Position numbers and translations under genes: made by a program. A stretch of 64,000 bases of DNA from positions 320,001-384,000 of the forward strand of contig CAVSHR010000002.1 of the NCBI GenBank assembly GCA_963727625.1. Direction: 5' to 3'. Every line of letters starts with the position of its first letter. The stretch's first letter is position 1. Of the stretch, positions 30,688 through 39,613 are shown piece by piece. Below the pieces are notes generated by a model. That model was not told where the DNA came from, did no database searches, and worked only from the letters and a program-made list of their open reading frames with translations. The DNA is from an uncultured delta proteobacterium. Lineage in GTDB: Bacteria > Desulfobacterota > Binatia > UBA9968.

Positions 30688-32551
30688 CGAATCGGAGGTT
30701 GTCCGGGAGACCTTGGCGCTCATTCTTGGGAGGGAATTTGACGTCGTAAAGCGACCCCTTAGCACACGGGATTTCCCACTCGCCGCGGCGCGCGAAGCGG
30801 TCGACCTACTCATCCTCGGTGTGACGCCACAGTTGGGAATGGAGACGGCAGCGTTGTTGCGTTTTGCCGCTCAGTTGCCCTTCGCGATGCTATTGTTGGT
30901 GGATTCGAAAACGGTAGCGCGGGCGATTCAAGAAGAAACAGAGATCGGTTGTCTCACCAAGCCTTTCAATCCCTACGAGCTCCATGAAAAAGTCGCGAGC
31001 TTGCTGGCGCGGCGGATGTCGTTTCCGAAGCCGGCCATTTTGCGTGGCGCGCCGGAGCCGAAAGATTGCTCGGCTTATTTGGATTTCCCTTTTCTCAGCC
31101 GGAGCGCGGCGCTGCTGGCGCGACGCTTCGCGGCGGCGCGCTTGCCGCTGCTGATCTCCGGGGAGCTGGGTTGCGGCCAAGATCAAGTGGTTTCTGGAAT
31201 TTGCGGGCTCGATAACCTGTCAAATTTACGGCTCACCATCAACGCCGCCGAGGCGAGCGCCGAATACCTGACTCAAAAGCGCCACCAGCTGTCGTTGCAA
31301 GCGGAATTCGATACAACGTCGATCACACTGGTCATTGAAAATCTCGACAAGTGTTCGCCGGCTGGTCAGTCTCTGCTATTGAATTTCTTGGCGGAGGCAG
31401 AGGGTAAAGCGACCGGCATCCACTACTTGACCACGGCCCATGCAGACCTATTGGAAAAAGTTTATCGCGGCGAGCTGCTCGATGCCTTGTACTACAAGTT
31501 GGCTACGCTGACGCTGAAATTACCGCCCTTAAGGGAACGGTTGGACGATTTGCCGGTTTTGGCCGATTGGTTTGCCCGCGACTACGCTAGAAAACTTGGA
31601 TTGCCCGAGCCTACTATTTTACCGGAAGCGCATCTGCGGTTGAGAAATTACCTATGGTTCGGCAACTTGAGGGAAATGGAAACCGTATTGGCGCGCACCC
31701 TGGCGTTTCACCGTCAACCGCAGATCGACGGCGCCGATCTGATTTTCGATTTCAGTCCGATGCCGCAAGCGGGCCCGCTCAGCAATAGCGCTGAGCTTGC
31801 GCCCAGCGGCACTCAAACGGACCGAGCAGAAGCGGAGCCGAGGCTGGAGATTTATCGCGGCGCGCAGGCTTCCAACGGTTCCATCAACGGCCACGCAAAT
31901 TCGGTCGAATTAAACGCGGTTATTCATGAGCTCGCCCACGAATTCAAGAATCCCATGGTGACGATCAAAACCTTCGCGCAGTTGTTGGGGGACCGTTATC
32001 AAGACGAGAATTTTCGCACCCGTTTTCAAGAAGTGGTCGGCAACGACATCGAACGAATGGACGATCTCCTGGAAGTGATGATCGAATTCGCCGATTTCGC
32101 CCAACCCCGCTTGAGCAAGGTCGCGCTCGGCGAACCGCTCCGCACCGTGTTGACGGAACTCCACGGCGTATGCGCCAAGCGGCAGACCCGCTTCGAATGG
32201 AAGGGTAACGGCGCCACGGAAGCGGTGCAGGCGGACGAATCGCAGCTCGGCTACATCTTGAAAAATGTCATGCTGATGGCTCTTTCTGAGGCCAGAATGG
32301 GCAGTGAGATCGAGATCGACGTTTCGACACGGGGCGCCCTGGTAATCCGCTATCTGCGCGAAAGCGCGCGGGTGGCGTCGATCTCGCAATACCTGAACGA
32401 AGTCGGATCGGGGATGAAGGAGGGCATTCTTCCGCTGCGCGTGTTGCTGGCGAAGTATCTATTGGAAAGAAACGGTGGGCGCTTCGCGATCGATGCGTCC
32501 GACCGCGAGAAAGAAACCCTGAGAATGGAGTTCCCGATTGCAGAGCGCTGA
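30665..32551 (+). CDS. Degenerate REC-sigma54-AAA-HisKA-HATPase fusion protein
   Basis: Degenerate REC, Walker A altered to GELGCGQD, no GAFTGA, but LYYKL, LPPLRER and WFGNLREM retained. Intact H-box AHEFKNP; ATPase lacks G-boxes. Confidence 0.8.
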   Translation: MKRILVIDESEVVRETLALILGREFDVVKRPLSTRDFPLAAAREAVDLLILGVTPQLGMETAALLRFAAQLPFAMLLLVDSKTVARAIQEETEIGCLTKPFNPYELHEKVASLLARRMSFPKPAILRGAPEPKDCSAYLDFPFLSRSAALLARRFAAARLPLLISGELGCGQDQVVSGICGLDNLSNLRLTINAAEASAEYLTQKRHQLSLQAEFDTTSITLVIENLDKCSPAGQSLLLNFLAEAEGKATGIHYLTTAHADLLEKVYRGELLDALYYKLATLTLKLPPLRERLDDLPVLADWFARDYARKLGLPEPTILPEAHLRLRNYLWFGNLREMETVLARTLAFHRQPQIDGADLIFDFSPMPQAGPLSNSAELAPSGTQTDRAEAEPRLEIYRGAQASNGSINGHANSVELNAVIHELAHEFKNPMVTIKTFAQLLGDRYQDENFRTRFQEVVGNDIERMDDLLEVMIEFADFAQPRLSKVALGEPLRTVLTELHGVCAKRQTRFEWKGNGATEAVQADESQLGYILKNVMLMALSEARMGSEIEIDVSTRGALVIRYLRESARVASISQYLNEVGSGMKEGILPLRVLLAKYLLERNGGRFAIDASDREKETLRMEFPIAER

Positions 32552-33971
32552 AATAAAAAATGACATGAACCAGCCGCGGCTTTTGGTTGTCGATGACGAG
32601 GTGGGGGTGCGGCAGTCCCTGCAAATGGTTTTCAACAAGAATTACGTTGTTTTCGAAGCGTCCTCCGCCGACGAGGCGATTCAAAAAACCACCGAAGAAA
32701 AACCAGACGTCGTTCTATTGGACATCATGATGCCCGGCACCGACGGTCTCGCCGTGCTAAGACACATCAAGTCCATGCATCCCGACTGCCAGGTGATCAT
32801 GTTGACGGGTCTCAATACCGCACGTACGGCATTCGTCGCCAAGAGCACGGGCGCCTTCGACTACATTACCAAACCCTTCGATGTGGAAGAGCTGCGTCTC
32901 AAAGTGGAGCACGCGCTCGAGAAAATTCTCTTGTCGCGCGAGCTGGAGCGGTTGAAAGAAGAAGTTGGCCGAAAGTACGGCATCGAGCATATTATCGGCA
33001 AATCAGAGCAAATCGTCGACGTGTTCAAGGCCGTGAGCATGGTGGCGGCGAAAAAAACCACAGTGCTCATTACCGGAGAAAGCGGCACGGGCAAGGAGCT
33101 GATCGCGCGGGCGGTTCATTTCAACAGCGATCGGCGCTCGAAGCCGTTCGTCGTGGTCAATTGCGCGGCCTTGCCGGACACGCTGATCGAGAGCGAGCTG
33201 TTCGGTTACGAGCGAGGGGCGTTCACCAACGCGTCGCAGAAAAAGATCGGGCGGTTCGAATTGGCCCATGGCGGCACGCTGTTTCTCGATGAGATCGGCG
33301 AGCTGAATCTTGGCACCCAGTCAAAATTTTTGCGCGCCGTCGAGCAGGAGACTTTCACCCGGCTCGGCGGCACCGATGAGATCAAGGTTGACGTTCGGGT
33401 CATCGCCGCTAGCAATCGGGACCTCGAACAAATGGCCAAGAATGGGGAGTTTCGCCCCGACCTGTTTTACCGGCTGAACGTTGTATCCCTATTTCTTCCG
33501 CCGCTGCGCGAGCGGCGCGACGATATCGCGCTGTTGCTCGATCATTTTTTGCGGCTGAAGGCCCAAGAACATTCCATCGCGACCAAAACCTTATCTTCCG
33601 AGGTGGTTGATTTTTTCACGTCCTACCCATGGCCGGGTAATGTTCGCGAGCTGGAAAATCTCATCGAGCGGCTCACCATTTTAACTCCCCACGAAACCGT
33701 CATGCTGCGCGACCTCCCGATTGGGATGCGCTCGACCGATCAAACCGCGACGCTCAAAGAAGACGTGTTGAACGGCTCGCGGCCCCTTAGCGATGCCGTG
33801 GACGAGTTCGAGCGCGAGCTGATCGTCAAAGCCTTGCAGCGGACTGGCTTCAATCAGACCAAAGCCGCATCGCTGCTCGGAACCAGCCGGCGCATCCTCA
33901 AGTATCGGATCGAAAAGCTAAAGATCAATGACCCCAATGATATCGAACCGGAAGTGAAATTATCGCCATAA
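32538..33971 (+). CDS. NtrC-family sigma54-dependent response regulator
   Basis: REC (VVDDE, LLDIMMP, KP), GESGTGKE, ESELFG, GAFTNA, FLDEI, WPGNVREL, Fis-type HTH. Start may be ATG 32565. Confidence 0.95.
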   Translation: MQSAEIKNDMNQPRLLVVDDEVGVRQSLQMVFNKNYVVFEASSADEAIQKTTEEKPDVVLLDIMMPGTDGLAVLRHIKSMHPDCQVIMLTGLNTARTAFVAKSTGAFDYITKPFDVEELRLKVEHALEKILLSRELERLKEEVGRKYGIEHIIGKSEQIVDVFKAVSMVAAKKTTVLITGESGTGKELIARAVHFNSDRRSKPFVVVNCAALPDTLIESELFGYERGAFTNASQKKIGRFELAHGGTLFLDEIGELNLGTQSKFLRAVEQETFTRLGGTDEIKVDVRVIAASNRDLEQMAKNGEFRPDLFYRLNVVSLFLPPLRERRDDIALLLDHFLRLKAQEHSIATKTLSSEVVDFFTSYPWPGNVRELENLIERLTILTPHETVMLRDLPIGMRSTDQTATLKEDVLNGSRPLSDAVDEFERELIVKALQRTGFNQTKAASLLGTSRRILKYRIEKLKINDPNDIEPEVKLSP

Positions 33972-34061
33972 CCGGACAAATTTGTGCTGCGGGTTCTCGC
34001 CGAACACCTCGTTTTATAAAATTCACATTTAATATTAATGGCTTGAGTCGACTCTGGCGGG

Positions 34062-34077
34062 TGGCATATTCCTTGCT
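34062..34077 (+). promoter_or_regulatory. Sigma54 promoter candidate
   Basis: TGGCATATTCCTTGCT (GG-N10-GC with TTGC), preceded by an AT-rich tract at 34010-34040. Confidence 0.65.
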
Positions 34078-34091
34078 CGACTTTGCTGCCC

Positions 34092-35213
34092 ATGGATACC
34101 ACCAAACCGAACATCTTAGTGGTAGATGACGAAATGGGCCCGCGAGAATCACTCAAGATGATTCTCAACCCCTATTACAACGTTTACACCGCCGACCGGG
34201 GCGCACAGGCGGTCGAGATGCTCAAACAGTTCCCGGTCGATCTAGTCACTTTAGATCTCAAGATGCCCGGATTTAGCGGTATCAATGTCCTGGAAAAGGT
34301 CAAACAGCATGACCCGGACATCGAGGCGATCATCATCACGGGATACGGCTCCTTGGACACCGCGATCGAAGGGCTGCGGCTCGGCGCCTTCGATTACATT
34401 TCCAAACCCTTTGACGTCAATCATATTCTAGCGCTGGTGCGCCGTGGCTTGGAACGACGCAATGCCAAGGCGCAACTTCGACAGGTCAAATCGGATTTTC
34501 TCTCCAATATTTCGCATGAATTGAGGACGCCGCTCAGCGTGGTTGTGGGCTTCGTATATCTGTTGCTCAATCAGGTGATCGGCAAGCTCACCGAGGACCA
34601 GCAAAAGGTTCTCGAAACCGTCTATCGCAACTCTGAAGAATTGCTCGAGTTGATTGACAACGTGTTGTGGATGACTTCGCTCAACGCCGGTGATGCGCAA
34701 GCCACGCTGGAAAAATTCGACGCTCGGGGTTTGGTCAACGAGACGGTGAAACGATTCGAAAAATCGATTCGCGAAAAAGGTTTGCGGCTTGATATCCAGA
34801 TGGCCGACGGAGACATATCGATTGTCAGCGACCGGGCCAAGGTCGAGCGGGTTTTTCATAACGTTTTTAACAACGCGGTCAAGTTCACATCCGAAGGCGA
34901 GATTACTGTAGCGGTGCACCCTTCCTCGCGCCGGGACAGCGTTGAATTTGAAGTCATCGATACCGGAATCGGTATTGACGAAAGCAAGATCGACTCGATT
35001 TTCGAGCCCTTTCACCAGGCCGATAACTCGACGCAGCGATCCTATTCGGGACTCGGGATCGGCCTTACCGTTGCGCGCAGAATGGCGGAGTTGGTGGGTG
35101 GCAAGATTGCTGTGCGCAGCAAGCCGGGCGTGGGAACACGGGTAACGATGGCGTTTCCGTGCCAAGCCTCTGCGGCAGTGCCGTTGGCCGTCGAACAGCG
35201 CAAGTATGGATGA
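34092..35213 (+). CDS. Hybrid REC-histidine kinase (cytoplasmic)
   Basis: REC (VVDDE, LDLKMP), FLSNISHELRTPL, NNAVKFT, DTGIG, GLGIGL. Confidence 0.93.
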   Translation: MDTTKPNILVVDDEMGPRESLKMILNPYYNVYTADRGAQAVEMLKQFPVDLVTLDLKMPGFSGINVLEKVKQHDPDIEAIIITGYGSLDTAIEGLRLGAFDYISKPFDVNHILALVRRGLERRNAKAQLRQVKSDFLSNISHELRTPLSVVVGFVYLLLNQVIGKLTEDQQKVLETVYRNSEELLELIDNVLWMTSLNAGDAQATLEKFDARGLVNETVKRFEKSIREKGLRLDIQMADGDISIVSDRAKVERVFHNVFNNAVKFTSEGEITVAVHPSSRRDSVEFEVIDTGIGIDESKIDSIFEPFHQADNSTQRSYSGLGIGLTVARRMAELVGGKIAVRSKPGVGTRVTMAFPCQASAAVPLAVEQRKYG

Positions 35214-35910
35214 TCATTGTTATATCTGGTGCCGCAACTGCGGCGCCGTTCATCACGTCAGCGCATTCGATCGCGAGCCGATTTACAGCTTTGCCGGTGG
35301 CGAAGTTGAAGAAATGCCCGCCAACGATTGGCGTGACTTCATGGACCGGCACGCGGGTCATCGCTTAGAGCCCCTGAAAGCCACCGGTGACGATTACTTT
35401 CCCGGCGGTAAAGCTTTTGACCCGATGAGCGCGGGATATATCGAGGTTAGCAACGGCACCGAGACCCTGCTGTTGCGCCGCAGCCGGTCAACGATTGAAG
35501 AGCCGTTCCATTATGAAATTGTCAACGGCCGTTTGGTTCAGACCGGCGTGAGCTTGGAAGTGCAAGAAGAGGCAATCCGCAAGGAGATGAAATTGCATTT
35601 CTGCTGGGCGCCGGGCGCGCCGCTCGCAGACGCAAAGATCGCGCGCTTTGTCGCTTTGTTTCGCGAAGTCGTTCGCGAGATTGATCCCGATGCGGTTTGC
35701 GAAAGCGGATATTCCGACGCGGATGACAACGTTGTCTACTGCCGACTTCACGTTGCGGTCATTGAAGCCTTGCTCGATCAATGCAGCCGCCACTTTCATC
35801 CGGCCGAATTGGTTTCATTGCGCCGCTTCATCGAGAGCCACCGCGACAGTGATGACGTGATGGCGTTGGTAAAACGGCGCGCTGTTTCAATCGAGCGGGT
35901 CGCTCACTAG
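35206..35910 (+). CDS. Hypothetical protein with putative metal-binding CxxC...HxxH motif
   Basis: WCRNCGAVHH and FMDRHAGH. Start overlaps the kinase stop. Confidence 0.75.
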   Translation: MDDHCYIWCRNCGAVHHVSAFDREPIYSFAGGEVEEMPANDWRDFMDRHAGHRLEPLKATGDDYFPGGKAFDPMSAGYIEVSNGTETLLLRRSRSTIEEPFHYEIVNGRLVQTGVSLEVQEEAIRKEMKLHFCWAPGAPLADAKIARFVALFREVVREIDPDAVCESGYSDADDNVVYCRLHVAVIEALLDQCSRHFHPAELVSLRRFIESHRDSDDVMALVKRRAVSIERVAH

Positions 35911-36060
35911 CCTCGCGACCCATCTTTTATTCCGTTAAAGTTACACTAACTCGATTCAATGGGCGAGTCCTAGACTCGGTCTCGGTAAGCGATCGGACTG
36001 AGTAGTCATTCTCCCGGCTCGTTCTGCGACATCTGCAACGAACAAAGCCCGGGTGGCAAG

Positions 36061-36423
36061 TCATCGCCACGCGGGCTTTGGTGAATCGCTCACGAAAAAC
36101 CCAAAGTTAGAGATGCCTATGATTTCGGCGACCACGGAACGGATTTCTTCGTATTTCTTCAAGGTCGCTTCATTGTTGCCGAACTTGTCCATGTTTTCAT
36201 TGCCCTTTTGCCCCAAGTCGACAGCGCGGACAAATACAAAAGGATTTGCCGCGCCGACCATGGAAACTTCCAGCGCGTCCAAAGCGGGAAATTTTACCGC
36301 TTCTCTAACTTTTCCGGTGGGCAAGGGTTTACCAGCGACCGAACCGCCCGAACCGATGAAGTGGAACGTGCCATCGCTATGGAACTCGCGGTCCCTGACT
36401 TCAAACTCGGTTAGGATACCTAT
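36061..36423 (-). pseudogene. PrpF-family isomerase internal fragment
   Basis: GGSVAGKPLPTG..VSMVGAANPFVFVRAVDLG..E.IR matches the PrpF mid-region. No N- or C-terminal parts; in-frame stop upstream. Confidence 0.7.
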
Positions 36424-36563
36424 CTAGGCAAATCGTTTTCCCGGAAAGAAAATCGGCTTGCTGCTTCCGCCCCGTAAATCGCACATGGAAATTTCATAGG
36501 GCTCCTGCGTCGTTGATGCGGCGCTCAACGTATAAACCTTTGCCACGGCTTTCAAACACTTGA

Positions 36564-37115
36564 TTAATGGGCTGCGTCGACTATCACTTCATCGGCTCGA
36601 TCGACTTCTTTTAGCTTCACTTGCACATTTTTGCCGGACGGTAGAGCGATTTTCTTGCCGACATAACTGGCGGCAATGGGCAGCTCCCGGCCGCCGCGGT
36701 CGATCATGACCGCGAGATGGATCATGCGCGGCCGCCCAAGGTCGATCAGATGGTCCACTGCGGCGCGCGCGGTCCGTCCGGTATTTAGCACGTCGTCGAA
36801 CAGCACGACTATCTTGTTGGCGATGTCGAAGGGAATCCGCGTGTGGTCGATGGTGCCGCCGGGCAAGAGCGAGTTCAGATCGTCGCGATATAACGTGATG
36901 TCCATTTCGCCGACTGGAATCTCTTTGCCGTGGCGCTTTTTGATCAGCTGTGCAAGGCGCTTGGCGAGATAAGGACCGCGCGTGCGCACGCCGATAAACA
37001 CCACCTGATCGAGATCGCCGTACTGGCGCGCCATCTCCCGGCTGAAACGCTCCAGTATCGCTTTGATTTGCATGGCGCTGAGAATCCGTTTTTTCTTGGC
37101 CTCAGAGTTTTTCAT
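36564..37115 (-). CDS. pyrR: PyrR-family regulator/phosphoribosyltransferase (divergent)
   Basis: GVRTRG, DITLYRDDL, DDVLNTGRT, DRGGRELPI..YVGK. Confidence 0.85.
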   Translation of the reverse strand: MKNSEAKKKRILSAMQIKAILERFSREMARQYGDLDQVVFIGVRTRGPYLAKRLAQLIKKRHGKEIPVGEMDITLYRDDLNSLLPGGTIDHTRIPFDIANKIVVLFDDVLNTGRTARAAVDHLIDLGRPRMIHLAVMIDRGGRELPIAASYVGKKIALPSGKNVQVKLKEVDRADEVIVDAAH

Positions 37116-38391
37116 TAGCCACTCGAATCATGGTCTCCATCAGCAATTGGGCGCCGAGGGCGATATCCGCGGAATCGGTCCACTCCAGCGGGTTATGACT
37201 GATGCCGCGCCGGCTCGGCACGAAGATCATTCCTGCTCGTGTGATCTTAGCCATCTGCATGGCGTCATGGCCGGCGCCCGACGGCATGATCTCATAGTCG
37301 ATCCCTTTCTCGTCGCACAGCCGCCTGCTCACACGCAGCAAGCGATCGTCCATCGGCACCGGGTCTTCCTCGCGGATTTTCAAGACTTCAACGGCTACAG
37401 CGCGCTGCCGGGCGATGGCCCGCGCTCGTTCTTTCACCAAGCGTGCCACGCGGTTCTTCGACTCAGCCGAGGTGCCGCGAATGTCGACAGCGAGCTCTGC
37501 TCGGCCCGGCACAGCATTAATGACCCCAGGTTCGAGCTTCATTGCCCCCACCGTGCCGACAACCCGGCCTTTGCTCATGGAAGAATTTTTCCGGCAGACT
37601 TGTTCGACATATTGGATCAATTGCGCCGCCGCGACCAGAGCATCCTTGCGCATTTCCATCGGCGTGGTTCCCGAGTGATCGGTGCGGCCTTTGAAAATCA
37701 CGCGGAAGCGGCTCGGCGCCGCGATCGATGTTACCAAACCGATTCTCTTTCGTTTCGCCTCGAGGATCGGACCCTGCTCGATATGGAGCTCCAAATAGGC
37801 CTTAAGACTTTCAGGGCTGCGCTTGAGGCCATGCAAGTTTCGTCGAAATATGCCGAGACCGGCGAGCACGTCCGCCAGCTTCGTGCCCTCGGGATCGACC
37901 GCGTTGGTCAAGTCTTTGGGGTGCACTTCGCCGGCGACCAGGCTGCTGCCCAAGGTTGAGAAGCCGAAACGACTCGACTCTTCACCGACGAAGCAGATCA
38001 CCTCGAGGGGCGAGCGCACGGCGATGTGATTCTCTTTGATCGTCCGCACCGCTTCGAGGGCGCCGATCACTCCGACCGGTCCGTCGTATTTGCCGCCGTG
38101 GATGACCGTGTCGAGATGCGAGCCGGAGGTGACCGCTGGCGCCCGCGGATTGTTGCCATCGAAACGGCCGAAGATGTTGCCGATCGCGTCGATGTGGATC
38201 TTGAGCCCAGCCTGGCGCATTAAGTGGATTAGCAGCTGGCGACTGCGCAGCTCTTTGATGGAAAAAACCAGGCGGGTAACCGATCCGCGATCACCGATGC
38301 CGATGCGCCCGATGGCGTTCAGGTCGTGCATCAGCCGCCGCTTGTTGATGGCGGTATATTTCGCTGCTGCGGGGTGCCGATCTGGCTTCAT
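37102..38391 (-). CDS. M20-family Zn-dependent N-carbamoyl amidohydrolase (allantoate amidohydrolase/beta-ureidopropionase-like)
   Basis: GSHLDTV, GKYDG, EESSRF, ELHIEQG, HSGTTPM, SGAGHDA, GISHNP. Confidence 0.92.
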   Translation of the reverse strand: MKPDRHPAAAKYTAINKRRLMHDLNAIGRIGIGDRGSVTRLVFSIKELRSRQLLIHLMRQAGLKIHIDAIGNIFGRFDGNNPRAPAVTSGSHLDTVIHGGKYDGPVGVIGALEAVRTIKENHIAVRSPLEVICFVGEESSRFGFSTLGSSLVAGEVHPKDLTNAVDPEGTKLADVLAGLGIFRRNLHGLKRSPESLKAYLELHIEQGPILEAKRKRIGLVTSIAAPSRFRVIFKGRTDHSGTTPMEMRKDALVAAAQLIQYVEQVCRKNSSMSKGRVVGTVGAMKLEPGVINAVPGRAELAVDIRGTSAESKNRVARLVKERARAIARQRAVAVEVLKIREEDPVPMDDRLLRVSRRLCDEKGIDYEIMPSGAGHDAMQMAKITRAGMIFVPSRRGISHNPLEWTDSADIALGAQLLMETMIRVANEKL

Positions 38392-38514
38392 TCCCGATTA
38401 TAATACCAGCTTCTCCGGGCGCTGAAAATCCGGTCTCCTGCCGGCGCACTTTATTGGAAAGGACGAACCGCTGTGTTATGACCTGCTCATCTCGTAGTTT
38501 GAAAGGTAGTTCCC

Positions 38515-39183
38515 ATGAGCGAAGTGTCCCAAAGAGTTGCCGAGATGCTGCTGTCCACTGAGTCCATTGCGGTTTACAAAGATAAGCCGTTCGTGTTTGT
38601 TTCCGGCCGCATCTCGCCGGTCTATATCGACTGCCGCAAGCTTTTGTCCTTTGCCGCCGAGCGCGAATATATCGTCACGGCGTTGGCCAACATGGCCGAG
38701 ACTGACATCGGTCTCGATAACATCGATGTCGTTGCCGGCGGTGAAACCGCCGGAATTCCCTATGCGTCTTTCGTCTCTCACCTGATTAAGAAATCGATGA
38801 TTTATATCCGCAAACAGCCAAAAGGGTACGGCGGCACCAAACAGATCGAAGGGATTCTAGAGCCGGGCAAGCGGGTGTTGCTCGTTGAAGACCTGATTAC
38901 CGACGGTCTAAGCAAGCTACGTTTCAACATCGGCATACGAGGGGCCGGCGCCAAGATGACCCACTGCCTCTGCGTGTTCGACTACGCGTCCGATCGACTA
39001 AACCAGCATGAAGGCCAGGTCAACCTGGCCAAGAACGATATCGCGCTCCACGTACTGGCCAATTGGGATGACGTTTTGGACACCGGTTTGAGTAAAAGTT
39101 ACTTCAGCGAAGAATCGAGCCGGCAAATTATCGAATTTCTCAAAGATCCGGAAAATTGGGGCCGGAAGATGGGCTTTGTTTAG
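38515..39183 (+). CDS. pyrE: Orotate phosphoribosyltransferase
   Basis: SGRISPVYIDCR, GGETAGIP, YIRKQPKGYG, LVEDLITDG. Confidence 0.9.
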   Translation: MSEVSQRVAEMLLSTESIAVYKDKPFVFVSGRISPVYIDCRKLLSFAAEREYIVTALANMAETDIGLDNIDVVAGGETAGIPYASFVSHLIKKSMIYIRKQPKGYGGTKQIEGILEPGKRVLLVEDLITDGLSKLRFNIGIRGAGAKMTHCLCVFDYASDRLNQHEGQVNLAKNDIALHVLANWDDVLDTGLSKSYFSEESSRQIIEFLKDPENWGRKMGFV

Positions 39184-39450
39184 CGGCGCAAGCGCGGATT
39201 TCGCTTTCCGTGTAAAGATACTACTCATAGATTCCCATCCAGTTCGCGATAGCCGCTGGTTAAATCCTTGAACGGGTTGTTTTTTCCGGAGACCGGCAAT
39301 TTCCCCGTGTAAAATTTATGCACGCGTCTCTGAATTCTTGGTGAGTTTTCTGTCGAGTCGGTGCACATGGGCATCCGTTCGCCTCGCCGACAATCTGATA
39401 GGCCTGTTTAAGTTTCCGTATTTCAACGCTAATTCAAACTCTCTCCGGCG

Positions 39451-39466
39451 CGGCATTGGTATTGCG
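39451..39466 (+). promoter_or_regulatory. Sigma54 promoter candidate for the ABC operon
   Basis: CGGCATTGGTATTGCG (GG-N10-GC with TTGC). Repeated CCGTGTAAA at 39208 and 39305 upstream are possible enhancer sites. Confidence 0.55.
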
Positions 39467-39613
39467 AATACCTAATACGATCGAAAAAACTGCCGTACTA
39501 TTCGCAAGCTCCGCCTCGCCGCATTCCTCTGCCAGCGGTTACTTGCGCCATCGTCGGCGCTGGAGAAACGTTTTGTCATCATTAATCAGGACCGACAGAA
39601 GGAGGAAACAGCC

